Assembly: GCA_024638285.1 (NCBI GenBank)
Contig: JAHEKP010000001.1
Coordinates: forward strand, 9,093 to 73,092
DNA from: Cryomorphaceae bacterium
Lineage (GTDB): Bacteria; Bacteroidota; Bacteroidia; Flavobacteriales; Schleiferiaceae
Length of the DNA: 64,000 nt
Reading direction: 5' to 3'
Every line of letters starts with the position of its first letter. The first letter of the stretch is position 1. The notes under the pieces were generated by a model that was given only the letters and a program-made list of their open reading frames with translations, was not told where the DNA came from and made no database searches. Below are positions 49,163 through 59,594 of the stretch, in pieces. Both the position numbers and the translations under genes were made by a program.

Positions 49163-51571
49163 CTATTTCAGTAACTCCGCATAATCTAAAAAGTATACTA
49201 GGCGAACAGAAAAGACCTGATCTGTTCCCGTTTGGCTGATGTCCTTCATGTTGTTCCAATAATTTAGTGTAATCGCATCGTCTGCACGCGCAAATGATGC
49301 ACGATACAACAGATTGAGTTCACGGCCAGGTGCCATCCACCAAACGTATTTGAAGTCTACATTGAAGATGTTGATGCGTAAATCTTGATCGGTATATGCT
49401 GAAGAAGGAGTTAAGCCGCCCTCAGGAGTGAGGTGAAAAAGTTCTTGGGAGTCGATTCTATTCCAGGCATGTCGCGCATTTACGGTGAGGTAGGAATTGG
49501 GCCCAAACAAATATTGGCCTTCCAAACTTTGAGAAAATTCTTTACGCTCTCGCATTGCCATACCTATACTGTCGGTTGAGACTGTTTGTGCCCAGCCTAC
49601 ATTTCTGTGGTTGCCTAAGGATATTTCAGTTCTAAAATTGAATTGGTCATTGACCCTGAAAATCAAGAGGGAAGAGCCATAATAACCGCGAGCACCCCAA
49701 TCTGCCCAGCGCCATTGTCCGCCTCTTATTTCGTAAGCAAAAGGTTTTCTAAAATCGGAGCTTACCCAAGCGTTGTGCCAAAATGAAGCGGGATTGATGC
49801 GGTATCTACCCCAAACACGTGGGTCGTAAAAGTCGTATTCTTCAGGCCGTGCCTCGATGTTGTATCCGAACGCTAAAAAGCTCTTTGTTAATGCGAAAAA
49901 GTTGTATTCTAAATGTACTCTCTCGAATCTTTGAGGCTCAAGCAACTGACGGTATTGCACGGTCACACGGTTTCTTCTACGAAGCAATCGTTCATTAGGT
50001 GCCAGCAGTTGATGACTGAATGAAAAATCTTGATGGATTTTATTCCCTCTACGTTGGAATCCTAAGTCATTTGGATCAAAATTCGGGGTGACCACGTCCA
50101 GTTCATGTTCCCAGCGCCAAGCGCCTGTTTGCTTTCCCATTTCCCAGCCACCAGCGCTACCGGTGTAGGGGTTGTCTATGTCGTATACGCTACTCTGTGC
50201 GGCAGTGGCATTGAAAAAATGGCTGTTATTTAAAAGGTTGAGATTCGCTGTTACCGCAGAAACGCGTGCGTCACGGGTAGACCCAGTAGCGTTGGAGCGT
50301 AGTACATAGGTGTTAATCAACCCAATGGAGTTATTGGTACCAATACGCTGGTCCATTGCGAAGACATTATAATTGGTCATTGGCTCTGTAAGTACCTCGA
50401 CAGCGGCACCCGTTGAATCTTTACCAATAGCATAATTATTTGCCGTCAAGGCATTAAGTACCCCAATACTGAGGTTCTTATCCGTAGTTCCGGAAACTTT
50501 TGTAGCATTTAACATTCGAGTAAAACTCTGCGTCGTATTGTCAAGATCGCCTAGATTGGCATTGGTGAAGTTTTTAGGATTACCACCAATACGTCTGCTG
50601 TAGAAAAGTCCCGCTTTATTGAACAGATTGACACCCTCAGTGAAAAATTGACGGTTTTCATCAAACCGTTGTTCAAAGGCTTCAAAGTTCACAAATTGCT
50701 CATCATAAGCGACCTGAGAAAAGTCAGGAAGCAGCGTCATATCCAACGTAAAACTCTTGTTGAGTCCAATCTTAATGTCGGCTCCTGCCGCTCCTGTACT
50801 GCTAGTATTACCTGCGCTATTGCGTAAAACGGAACCTGTAAAGTTGGGTCTTAAGCTGATACGTTTAGGCGGATTCATTATGCGTATACCCTCTAATAGC
50901 CCACTTTGAAGCGATTCGTTATCAAAATTTCTATCTATCCGGTTCCAACTGTAGAGGGTGCGTGTACTACGAATGGATCTTTTAATGTTAAAACCCCAAG
51001 GTTTGGGATCTTCTCCGTCCTTAGTCTGCGGCATTCGTAATACCCGGTATGGAATAAAAATTTCTGCCTTCCATTCGTTTGTTGTTTTCACAACCGCACT
51101 GTACCAAACAGCATTCCAGCTTCCATCTTCATTATCGTCATTTGTCGCACGAGAATCACCTTGAACACCAGCTGCACTGAGGTAAAAATTGAAATCATTC
51201 GAACCATCGTTGAAAGGGTTAATGATGATTTGCGCCCAGTCTGTATTTGCATTCACGCGATCTCTTGGAGTCAATTGACTCAATATCGGCGCACTTTTGT
51301 CGGTAAACGAAAATGCGATATAAAGTCCTTTGTCAGAGTAGAATAATCGGACATCATCTGAAATACCTTCCGGCGTAGTAGAAGGTTCTGGAAAGTAGCA
51401 CTCTAAAGGGGCCAATTTCGCCGCCGTATTCCATTGTGACTCATTAAAAGTGCCGTCGATTTGCATGCCTTCATCCTGCAACGCTGGGATAGATGCTGTT
51501 TTTGGCAAATTCTGGGCACTAAGGCCAAAGTATAGGGAAGCAGATAGGAGTATTAGGTAGGTTTTAGGCAT
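49163..51571 (-). CDS. CBM9-like / DUF5916 outer-membrane protein
   Basis: Signal peptide; IDG..NE..W, YSDKGLY, SWNAVWYSAV, W.AEI.IPY, LDMTLLPDFSQV, ENRQFFTEG..LF, FYSRRIG; beta-barrel-like C-terminus. Confidence 0.85.
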   Translation of the reverse strand: MPKTYLILLSASLYFGLSAQNLPKTASIPALQDEGMQIDGTFNESQWNTAAKLAPLECYFPEPSTTPEGISDDVRLFYSDKGLYIAFSFTDKSAPILSQLTPRDRVNANTDWAQIIINPFNDGSNDFNFYLSAAGVQGDSRATNDDNEDGSWNAVWYSAVVKTTNEWKAEIFIPYRVLRMPQTKDGEDPKPWGFNIKRSIRSTRTLYSWNRIDRNFDNESLQSGLLEGIRIMNPPKRISLRPNFTGSVLRNSAGNTSSTGAAGADIKIGLNKSFTLDMTLLPDFSQVAYDEQFVNFEAFEQRFDENRQFFTEGVNLFNKAGLFYSRRIGGNPKNFTNANLGDLDNTTQSFTRMLNATKVSGTTDKNLSIGVLNALTANNYAIGKDSTGAAVEVLTEPMTNYNVFAMDQRIGTNNSIGLINTYVLRSNATGSTRDARVSAVTANLNLLNNSHFFNATAAQSSVYDIDNPYTGSAGGWEMGKQTGAWRWEHELDVVTPNFDPNDLGFQRRGNKIHQDFSFSHQLLAPNERLLRRRNRVTVQYRQLLEPQRFERVHLEYNFFALTKSFLAFGYNIEARPEEYDFYDPRVWGRYRINPASFWHNAWVSSDFRKPFAYEIRGGQWRWADWGARGYYGSSLLIFRVNDQFNFRTEISLGNHRNVGWAQTVSTDSIGMAMRERKEFSQSLEGQYLFGPNSYLTVNARHAWNRIDSQELFHLTPEGGLTPSSAYTDQDLRINIFNVDFKYVWWMAPGRELNLLYRASFARADDAITLNYWNNMKDISQTGTDQVFSVRLVYFLDYAELLK

Positions 51572-51681
51572 GCGCAAATATCGGTAATCGATTGGATATA
51601 TTCATTTAACAACTTTAGCGGTTAAAAAGGTTCATCGTTCAAAGGTTGTACCCTAAATTTGTAGACAAATCAAGGAACACT

Positions 51682-52869
51682 ATGAACCTCCACGAATATC
51701 AAGGAAAAGAAATTTTAGCCGGTTACGGCGTACGTATTCAACGCGGAAAAGTGGCTCAAACGCCAACAGAAGCTGTTGAAGTAGCGAAACAACTTACAGA
51801 TGAAACCGGTACCTCATGGTACGTTATCAAGGCGCAAGTTCATGCGGGTGGTCGCGGAAAAGGCGGCGGCGTAAAACTCGCAAAGGGCATTGATAAGGTG
51901 GAGGAAGTAGCGAATAGCATTATCGGCATGCAATTGGTTACGCCGCAAACTTCAGCAGAGGGTAAAAAAGTGCATCAGGTATTGGTAGCTGAGGATGTGT
52001 ATTATCCTGGGGAGAGTGAAACGTCAGAATTCTACATGTCGGTTTTACTCAACCGTTCTACTGGTCGTAACATGATCATGTACTCTACTGAAGGAGGGAT
52101 GGACATCGAAACCGTAGCAGAAGAAACACCACATTTGATTTTTACAGAAGAAATCGACCCTAAAGTAGGTCTTGCAGGTTTCCAAGCGCGCAAGATTGCC
52201 TTCAATCTAGGACTAAGTGGTGCTGCTTTTAAAGACATGACTAAATTCGTAACGGCGCTCTACCGCGCTTACGAGGGCGCAGATGCTTCTTTATTTGAGA
52301 TCAATCCAGTGCTAAAGACTTCGGATGATAAAATCTTAGCTGTAGATGCTAAAGTAACTATCGATGATAACGCATTGTATCGTCACAAGGACATCGCCGA
52401 AATGCGCGACACACGTGAAGAAGAAGCTATAGAAGTGGAGGCAGGCGAAGCCGGTCTCAACTTTGTAAAGCTTGACGGTAACGTAGGTTGTATGGTCAAT
52501 GGTGCCGGTCTTGCAATGGCTACCATGGACATTATCAAAATGGCCGGTGGTAATCCAGCGAACTTCCTTGATGTAGGCGGTACGGCCGATGCAGCTCGTG
52601 TAGAGCAAGCCTTCCGTATTATTCTTCGCGATGAAAACGTTAAAGCAATCTTAGTAAACATTTTTGGTGGCATCGTTCGTTGTGATCGCGTGGCTCAAGG
52701 TGTAGTGGATGCCTATAAGAACATGGGCAATATTAACGTGCCGATCATTGTTCGTCTCCAAGGGACCAATGCCGTAGAAGCAAAGAGATTAATTGACGAG
52801 AGTGGACTAGAGGTTCACAGTGCGATCGCTTTACAAGAAGCTGCGGACTTGGTTCAAGAATTGGTTTAA
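51682..52869 (+). CDS. sucC: Succinate--CoA ligase (ADP-forming) beta subunit
   Basis: MNLHEYQGK, KAQVHAGGRGKGGGVK, EINP, GCMVNGAGLAMATMD, NFLDVGG, NIFGGIVRCD. TAAATTTG -7 box at 51654-51661. Confidence 0.97.
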   Translation: MNLHEYQGKEILAGYGVRIQRGKVAQTPTEAVEVAKQLTDETGTSWYVIKAQVHAGGRGKGGGVKLAKGIDKVEEVANSIIGMQLVTPQTSAEGKKVHQVLVAEDVYYPGESETSEFYMSVLLNRSTGRNMIMYSTEGGMDIETVAEETPHLIFTEEIDPKVGLAGFQARKIAFNLGLSGAAFKDMTKFVTALYRAYEGADASLFEINPVLKTSDDKILAVDAKVTIDDNALYRHKDIAEMRDTREEEAIEVEAGEAGLNFVKLDGNVGCMVNGAGLAMATMDIIKMAGGNPANFLDVGGTADAARVEQAFRIILRDENVKAILVNIFGGIVRCDRVAQGVVDAYKNMGNINVPIIVRLQGTNAVEAKRLIDESGLEVHSAIALQEAADLVQELV

Positions 52870-52892
52870 TCTTCGCAGATTCCCTTTACATT

Positions 52893-52922
52893 AGCCCCGA
52901 GTGAAAAGCTCGGGGTTTTTTT
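52893..52922 (+). terminator. Intrinsic terminator after sucC
   Basis: AGCCCCGAG-TGAAAAG-CTCGGGGTT followed by a T-tract that ends at the pnuC ATG. Confidence 0.75.
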
Positions 52923-53471
52923 ATGTCTACAGATATACTTTTAGAATGGAGCGCGACGCTGCTAGGATTACTGTTCCTATATGGATTAATCGAACGAAAG
53001 GCTTGGGCGTGGCCATTTGGAACCCTTTCCTCTGCACTTTCTGTGGTCTTATTTTTTAGATCTGGCTTGTATGCGGAAAGCGGACTCTATTTTGTGTACG
53101 TTCTGATGGGTTTTTATGGTTGGAGCCAATGGTATGCAAAATCCTCTAGTGAACGCGTTGCGTTGGTTTCGCTTCCTCTCAAATTTCAATATCTGGCTTT
53201 GCTTGGGATTCCTGCAACGCTCGGTTTAGGATATGCTCTTAATACATTACCCGGTGTGTCTTACGCCTATTTTGACGCATGTACCACAGTCTTTGGATTA
53301 TGGGCGACTTGGCAGGAAGCAAAAAGAATTCGTACCGCATTTCATTACTGGATACCATTAAACATTGCTTCAGTTATTTTATATGGTGCGAAAGGACTTT
53401 GGGTATATTCCGCACTCATGGTAATATATTCTGCAATGAGTGTGGTAGGATTTATACGATGGCGCGAATAA
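52923..53471 (+). CDS. pnuC: PnuC-family vitamin/nucleoside transporter
   Basis: WAWPFG, LYAE..L, YGWSQW, D...T......W..A.R, YWI..N; multi-TM. Substrate (nicotinamide riboside or thiamine) cannot be resolved. Confidence 0.8.
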   Translation: MSTDILLEWSATLLGLLFLYGLIERKAWAWPFGTLSSALSVVLFFRSGLYAESGLYFVYVLMGFYGWSQWYAKSSSERVALVSLPLKFQYLALLGIPATLGLGYALNTLPGVSYAYFDACTTVFGLWATWQEAKRIRTAFHYWIPLNIASVILYGAKGLWVYSALMVIYSAMSVVGFIRWRE

Positions 53472-53513
53472 TTCAGTTATTTTAGTGGCCAATTCGTAAT
53501 TAGACTGAAAAAG

Positions 53514-54113
53514 ATGCGCGCACAACAATATATTGACCTTGTAAAAACAACGCTCGACGCTCTAGACTCCACGAGTTTGGATCAATTGGTTGATGCGTTC
53601 CATACTACCTATGAAAAGGGAGGGAACATTTACACCATGGGAAATGGTGGATCTGGCGCTTCTGCCTCTCATGCTGCTGGTGATTTCTTAAAGGGTGCTA
53701 GCTATGGATTGGATAAACGATTCAAGATGATCTGTTTAAACGATAATCTTCCCTCAATGATGGCTATTGCCAATGATATCGGCTGGGAAAGCATTTTTAT
53801 AGAGCCTCTAAAGAATTTCTTACAACCGGACGACTTAGTCATCGGTATTAGTGGATCGGGCAATAGTAAAAACGTAGTGGCTGCGATGGAATATGCGAAT
53901 GAAAAAGGCGCTACGACAGTCGCATTAAGTGGCTTTAAAGGCGGTAAAATTGCTCAAATCGCAACTATCAATGTGCACGCACCCGTCATGGATATGGAAG
54001 TCACGGAAGACGTACACATGGTTATTTTCAATATTGTGAAAAAACAAATGATGGCCCGGTTAATGGGGGATAATCCTTCGATGGGATCTACATACGATCA
54101 AAGAATAGGATAA
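53514..54113 (+). CDS. gmhA: SIS-domain phosphoheptose isomerase-like protein
   Basis: GNGGSGASASH, AIANDIG, GISGSGNSKNV, EDVH. Confidence 0.8.
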   Translation: MRAQQYIDLVKTTLDALDSTSLDQLVDAFHTTYEKGGNIYTMGNGGSGASASHAAGDFLKGASYGLDKRFKMICLNDNLPSMMAIANDIGWESIFIEPLKNFLQPDDLVIGISGSGNSKNVVAAMEYANEKGATTVALSGFKGGKIAQIATINVHAPVMDMEVTEDVHMVIFNIVKKQMMARLMGDNPSMGSTYDQRIG

Positions 54114-55100
54114 ATGAAGCGATTCGCGCTAATAGGAGCAGCAGGCTATATCGCGCCAAGACATTTAAAAGCGATTAAAGATGTTGGAGGTGTGTTGGTT
54201 GCAGCCTATGATCCTAGCGATAGCGTAGGGCATTTGGATGCCTATTTTCCAACGGCAGCATTCTTCACAGAATTCGAGCGTTTCGATCGTCATCTGAACA
54301 AGCTGTCAGAGCGTGGACAAGGCGTTGATTACATTAGTGTATGTTCTCCAAACTATTTGCACGACAGTCACATTCGCTATGCGCTGCGCATGAATGCGCA
54401 CTGTATTTGTGAGAAGCCGCTAACCTTGAGACCATGGAATATAGATGGTTTAAGTTCGGTAAGTCAAAGTACTGAAAAAAAGGTGTTTACTATCCTTCAG
54501 TTGCGTTTGCATGAACGCGTTATAGAATTAAAAAAGCAAGTAGAAGACCAATTAAAAGCAGATCCTAACCATGTCTTTGACGTGGAGTTGACCTACATCA
54601 CTTCACGCGGGAATTGGTATTATGCTTCGTGGAAGGGTGATGAAGAGAAAAGTGGTGGAATTGCTACTAATATCGGTGTGCATTTCTTCGACATGTTGCA
54701 CTGGATTTTTGGTCCGCTAAAGCAGCAAAAAGTGCACCTTCGCTCGCACGATCGTGCTTCTGGCGTTTTGTTCTTTAAAAATGCAAATGTGCGCTGGTTC
54801 TTGAGTATTAATGCAGCAACCTTGCCAGTAGATGTCGTAGAAAAGGGAGGAAGGATTCACCGCAGCTTACGCTTTGATAGCTGGTCTTTTGATTTTACTG
54901 AAGGATTTACGGAATTGCATTCGCGTTCTTATGCACACATATTGGATGAAAACGGTTTCACAGAACGTGATGCACAACCTGCAATCAGTATCGTTCACGG
55001 TATGCGCGAATCTCAAATAAGTACAGTAGATTCTGAAGCACATCCCTTCGCTTCTTTGCCTCAAGATCCACATCCTTTTTTTTCTTTGAAAAAGACATAA
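54114..55100 (+). CDS. Gfo/Idh/MocA oxidoreductase, WbpB-like (UDP-GlcNAcA 3-dehydrogenase type)
   Basis: FALIGAAGYIAPRH, FFTEFERFDRH, SPNYLHDSH, CEKPL, YITSRGNWY..SWKG, GIATNIGVHFFD, FTELH. Confidence 0.88.
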   Translation: MKRFALIGAAGYIAPRHLKAIKDVGGVLVAAYDPSDSVGHLDAYFPTAAFFTEFERFDRHLNKLSERGQGVDYISVCSPNYLHDSHIRYALRMNAHCICEKPLTLRPWNIDGLSSVSQSTEKKVFTILQLRLHERVIELKKQVEDQLKADPNHVFDVELTYITSRGNWYYASWKGDEEKSGGIATNIGVHFFDMLHWIFGPLKQQKVHLRSHDRASGVLFFKNANVRWFLSINAATLPVDVVEKGGRIHRSLRFDSWSFDFTEGFTELHSRSYAHILDENGFTERDAQPAISIVHGMRESQISTVDSEAHPFASLPQDPHPFFSLKKT

Positions 55101-55137
55101 CGTATTGCTTTTCAATGCATTGTTAAGTAGTCAATAG

Positions 55138-55146
55138 TTATTCACA
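55138..55146 (+). promoter_or_regulatory. DnaA-box-like site upstream of dnaE
   Basis: TTATTCACA matches TTWTNCACA; TAGTTTTG and TAGCTTTG -7 boxes at 55165 and 55174. Confidence 0.35.
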
Positions 55147-55211
55147 CTCCTTTAAGAAGGTGTATAGTTTTGTTAGCTTTGGGAATACCTCAATAGCGAC
55201 GCGACGCCTCT

Positions 55212-58200
55212 ATGTTTTTAATATTTGATACTGAAACTACCGGTTTTCCAAAGGATTGGAATGCCCCCATTACGGATTTGGACAACTGGCCACGTGTGGT
55301 CCAATTGGCTTGGCAAATCCATGATGAGAATGGTGCATTAGTAGAAGTTCAGGATCATATTATTTATCCGGACGGCTTTGACATTCCTTTTAATGCTACG
55401 AAAGTGCACGGTATTTCTACTGAAAGAGCGAAGAATGAGGGCAGGCCGCTAGTAGATGTTCTGGCAGATTTTGAATTGGCTCTTGAAAAATGCGAGTACC
55501 TCGTTGGTCACAATGTAAACTTCGATCTGAATGTTACAGGATGTGAGTATTACAGGGTCCAGGGAGCAAATCCATTGGACGCAAAAAAACCGTTAGATTC
55601 CTGTACGGAAACAACTGCCAAATTATGTGAATTGCCCGGTGGAAGGGGAGGTAAATTTAAACTTCCAAAGCTGGAAGAATTGCACCTTCATTTGTTTAAT
55701 GAAGGGTTCGCTGAAGCACATAATGCTGCCTTTGATGTTGAAGCTACATCACGTGTATTTTTAGAATTACTGCGTTTAAAGGTCATTACCCCGGAGTCTA
55801 TGGGTAAACCTACTGCATTTCTGGATGGATTCTACGCTGCCAACACAGCACCCATAGAGGCTATAGGATTAGCGGTTGATGAAGCACAAAAAAAGAGGGC
55901 AAAAGGCTTGGAAGGGGATGCCGCATCTAAAGCTACATCAACCTCAGAACTGCATGCAGCCGATGTTGATTTTGCGCATTTACACAACCACAGTCAGTTT
56001 TCTATTCTTCAAGCAACGACCGTGGTTAGTGAATTGGTGCGGGCAGCCGTTGAAAACGGTCATGCCGGTGTTGCTTTGACAGATTTAGGCAATATCATGG
56101 GGGCCTTCCACTTTAACCGCGCGGTTATGAGTGTTCCTGGAAACCGCGAGGCCTTTGAGCATAATGAAAAAGTGAAACGAGGTGAATTGAACGAACCACC
56201 TCAAGAGTATCCGTTTGTTGGTATTATTGGTTGCGAATTCTACGTTTGCGACGACCGTTTGGATCGCAGTAAGAAAGACGACGGCTACCAGATCGTTGTG
56301 CTCGCGAAGAATAAAAATGGGTATCATAATCTTGCTAAGCTGAGCAGCGAAGGCATGCTGAATGGCTATTATTACGTCCCTAGAATTGATAAAGCCTATC
56401 TCCTTGAACACAAGGAAGATTTGATTGTCTTGAGCGGAGGACTGCGCGGGGAAATACAACATTTATACCTAAACGTAGGTGAGTCGCAGGCTCGTGAAGC
56501 TTTGGAATGGTGGCAAGAACAGTTTGGTGAGGATTTTTACTTGGAATTGAATCGGCACGGCCTTGAAGAAGAGGACCACGTCAACCTTCAATTACTAAAA
56601 TATGCCAAAGAATACGGTATAAAATACATCGCGGCTAACAATACCTTCTATTTGACTCAGGAAAATGCTGAGGCGCACGATATTTTGCTGTGCGTTAAAG
56701 AGGGTGCACAAAAGAGCACACCTATCGGTCGTGGTCGTGGTTTTCGTTATGGCTTCCCAAACCAAGAGTTCTATTTTAAGAGTAAGGAGGAAATGGTAGC
56801 GCTGTTTTCGGATATGCCAGAAGCTTTAAATACTACTAAAGAGATCTTAGATAAAGTAGAATTATATCCTTTGGAGCGTGATGTTTTACTCCCTGAATTT
56901 GATATTCCGGAGCAATTTCAAGATCCTCAAGACAAGATAGATGGGGGACAGCGTGGAGAAAACGCTTATTTACGCCATTTAACTTACGAAGGCGCTAAAA
57001 CGCGTTACGACGACCTAACATTGGAGATAACGGAACGCTTAGATTTTGAGCTTGAGACTATTGCACGTACGGGTTATCCAGGGTATTTCTTGATTGTTCA
57101 AGATTTTTGTGAAGCTGCACGTCAAATGGGGGTAAGTGTAGGGCCCGGGCGTGGATCAGCAGCCGGATCTGCCGTGGCTTATTGCACAGGGATTACAAAT
57201 GTGGATCCTATTAAATACGATTTACTGTTCGAGCGTTTTTTAAATCCAGAACGTGTGTCACTACCTGATATTGATATTGACTTTGACGACGAAGGTCGTG
57301 ATAAGGTCATCCAGTATGTTATTGATAAATACGGCTCTTCTCAGGTTGCCCAAATCATAACCTATGGTACTATGGCGGCAAAAAGTTCTATACGCGATGC
57401 TGGTCGGGTTTTAGAATTGCCTTTACCTGATACTGATCGCATAGCGAAGCTTATTCCGGATATGACCAAGCTTAAAAAGCTTTGGGAATTGGAGGACAAG
57501 GAATTGAGAAGCAAATTCGGATCTGAAGACGCTGCTTTAGTTCAACAGCTCAAAGCACTAGCGGAAGGGGATTCGCTAGAGGCAATGACTATTAATCAAG
57601 CGCGCGTTCTGGAAGGTTCCGTAAGAAATACGGGTATTCATGCTTGTGGGGTAATTATTACGCCTAGCGATATTCGAGAATTGGTCCCGGTTGCTCGTGC
57701 GAAGGATTCGGAAATGTGGTGTACTCAATTCGATAATTCTGTAGTGGAAGATGCGGGATTACTCAAAATGGACTTTTTAGGCCTTCGTACCCTGACCATT
57801 ATCAAGGAGGCTTGTCGATTGGTTAAACAGCGTCACGATGTAGATTTAGACCCAGATAGTTTTCCGCTTGATGATATTAAAACCTACGAACTATTTCAAC
57901 GAGGAGAGACCGTGGGGATTTTCCAGTATGAAAGTGCTGGAATGCAAAAATATTTGAAAGAACTTAAACCAACAGAATTTGCGGATCTCATTGCAATGAA
58001 CGCCTTGTATCGACCAGGTCCATTGGAATACATACCAGAGTTTATCGATAGAAAACACGGCCGTAAGGAAATCGTTTACGATTTAGATGCCATGGAGGGT
58101 AAACTCAAAGAGACCTACGGAATTACCGTATATCAGGAGCAAGTAATGCTTTTGTCGCAGGAATTGGCAGGTTTCTCCAAAGGTCAGGCTGATATGCTTC

Positions 58201-59594
58201 GTAAGGGTATGGGTAAAAAACAGAAGTCTATTATTGACAAGTTAAAGCCCATGTTCTTAGACGGTGGAGAGGAGCGCGGTCATCATAGAGACGTCCTCGA
58301 AAAAGTATGGAAGGATTGGGAAGCATTCGCTTCTTATGCCTTTAATAAATCGCATTCTACCTGTTATGCTTGGGTTGCGTATCAAACGGCCTATCTAAAG
58401 GCACACTATCCGGCTGAATTTATGGCCTCTGTTTTGTCAAATAACATGTCGGATTTAAAGACAGTGACCTTTTTTATGGAAGAGTGCCGCCGCATTGGTC
58501 TACCCGTTCTGGGGCCATCTGTAAATGAAAGTTTATTGCGATTCTCAGTAAACCCGAAAGGTGCTGTTCGTTTTGGAATGGGCGGCATGAAAGGTGTTGG
58601 CGAAAATGCGGTTCGAGAACTTATTGCGCAGCGAGAGGACGGTGGCCAATTCAAAAACCTCTTTGATCTACTCGAGCGCATCGACCTCCGACAAGCAAAC
58701 AGAAAAACCATCGAATGCCTCATCCTTGGCGGAGCGATGGATGATTTTGAGGGTACGCATCGTGCAATGTACTTCTCTGAAGAGGAAGGCGGGCGTAGTT
58801 TTGTTGAAAAAGCCATCAAATACGTTCAAGGCAAGAAAAACGATGCTGAAAGTGCCCAGGCTTCATTGTTTGGTGAAGGCTCCGGAGAGGAACTTCCACC
58901 GCCCACTATGCCTGACGTTCCCGAATGGCCATCCATTGTTGCCCTGAAAAAAGAGAAGGAGATCAATGGAATGTACCTCAGTTCTCATCCGCTTGATGAC
59001 TATAGAACTGAGATTAAATATTTCTGCAACGCCTCTTTGAGTCGTTTGAATCATGTGGAGCGTATTTTGGGTCGGGATGTAACCGTTGCAGGTATAGTCA
59101 CTGATGCCCAGCATAGAATTTCAAAAATGGGCAAAGGTTGGGGAATCTTTCGACTTGAGGATTTTCACGGGGATTATGAATTCAAACTCTTTGGTGAAGA
59201 TTACCTCAAATTCCGTCACTTTTTTGATAACGAGCAATTACTATTCATCAGAGCGCGGGGCAGGAAGTTTAATCAGCGACAAGGGGAGGGTTTTATTGAA
59301 CGTTTGAGTGTAGATGTTGCAGAGGTGCGTTTACTTTCGGAAGTCTTAGAGGAAAGTAGTAAAAGTCTTGAAATTAAACTGGACCTCGAGCAGCTTACAA
59401 CGCCGTTGGTAGATGAAATTCATGAGCTATTGTCCCTGCATCCGGGTAAAAAGCGCGTGAAGTTGCATGTGATCGATCTTGAGGAAAAACTTGATATTAA
59501 ACTTCCCGTAAAAGAATTTAAAGTGACTATTGCGAAGGATTTACTTCAGGTTTTAGAACAACACGACCATTTACAACCTAAAGTAATTAGTTAA
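55212..59594 (+). CDS. dnaE: DNA polymerase III alpha subunit with N-terminal DEDDh exonuclease domain
   Basis: FDTETTG..HN...HNA.FDV exonuclease; PHP domain HLHNHSQFS; GPGRGSAAGS, LLFERFLNPERVSLPDIDIDF, KMDFLGL, YAFNKSH; no intein. Confidence 0.97.
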   Translation: MFLIFDTETTGFPKDWNAPITDLDNWPRVVQLAWQIHDENGALVEVQDHIIYPDGFDIPFNATKVHGISTERAKNEGRPLVDVLADFELALEKCEYLVGHNVNFDLNVTGCEYYRVQGANPLDAKKPLDSCTETTAKLCELPGGRGGKFKLPKLEELHLHLFNEGFAEAHNAAFDVEATSRVFLELLRLKVITPESMGKPTAFLDGFYAANTAPIEAIGLAVDEAQKKRAKGLEGDAASKATSTSELHAADVDFAHLHNHSQFSILQATTVVSELVRAAVENGHAGVALTDLGNIMGAFHFNRAVMSVPGNREAFEHNEKVKRGELNEPPQEYPFVGIIGCEFYVCDDRLDRSKKDDGYQIVVLAKNKNGYHNLAKLSSEGMLNGYYYVPRIDKAYLLEHKEDLIVLSGGLRGEIQHLYLNVGESQAREALEWWQEQFGEDFYLELNRHGLEEEDHVNLQLLKYAKEYGIKYIAANNTFYLTQENAEAHDILLCVKEGAQKSTPIGRGRGFRYGFPNQEFYFKSKEEMVALFSDMPEALNTTKEILDKVELYPLERDVLLPEFDIPEQFQDPQDKIDGGQRGENAYLRHLTYEGAKTRYDDLTLEITERLDFELETIARTGYPGYFLIVQDFCEAARQMGVSVGPGRGSAAGSAVAYCTGITNVDPIKYDLLFERFLNPERVSLPDIDIDFDDEGRDKVIQYVIDKYGSSQVAQIITYGTMAAKSSIRDAGRVLELPLPDTDRIAKLIPDMTKLKKLWELEDKELRSKFGSEDAALVQQLKALAEGDSLEAMTINQARVLEGSVRNTGIHACGVIITPSDIRELVPVARAKDSEMWCTQFDNSVVEDAGLLKMDFLGLRTLTIIKEACRLVKQRHDVDLDPDSFPLDDIKTYELFQRGETVGIFQYESAGMQKYLKELKPTEFADLIAMNALYRPGPLEYIPEFIDRKHGRKEIVYDLDAMEGKLKETYGITVYQEQVMLLSQELAGFSKGQADMLRKGMGKKQKSIIDKLKPMFLDGGEERGHHRDVLEKVWKDWEAFASYAFNKSHSTCYAWVAYQTAYLKAHYPAEFMASVLSNNMSDLKTVTFFMEECRRIGLPVLGPSVNESLLRFSVNPKGAVRFGMGGMKGVGENAVRELIAQREDGGQFKNLFDLLERIDLRQANRKTIECLILGGAMDDFEGTHRAMYFSEEEGGRSFVEKAIKYVQGKKNDAESAQASLFGEGSGEELPPPTMPDVPEWPSIVALKKEKEINGMYLSSHPLDDYRTEIKYFCNASLSRLNHVERILGRDVTVAGIVTDAQHRISKMGKGWGIFRLEDFHGDYEFKLFGEDYLKFRHFFDNEQLLFIRARGRKFNQRQGEGFIERLSVDVAEVRLLSEVLEESSKSLEIKLDLEQLTTPLVDEIHELLSLHPGKKRVKLHVIDLEEKLDIKLPVKEFKVTIAKDLLQVLEQHDHLQPKVIS

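Noticed and set aside
52870..52922. TPP or other riboswitch before pnuC
   Set aside because: The gap is too short and lacks TPP aptamer motifs such as CTGAGA; only a terminator is visible.
55212..59594. Possible intein or novel fusion in the long DnaE
   Set aside because: No intein motifs. The extra length is the N-terminal DEDDh exonuclease usual in flavobacterial DnaE plus a short insert in the PHP domain.
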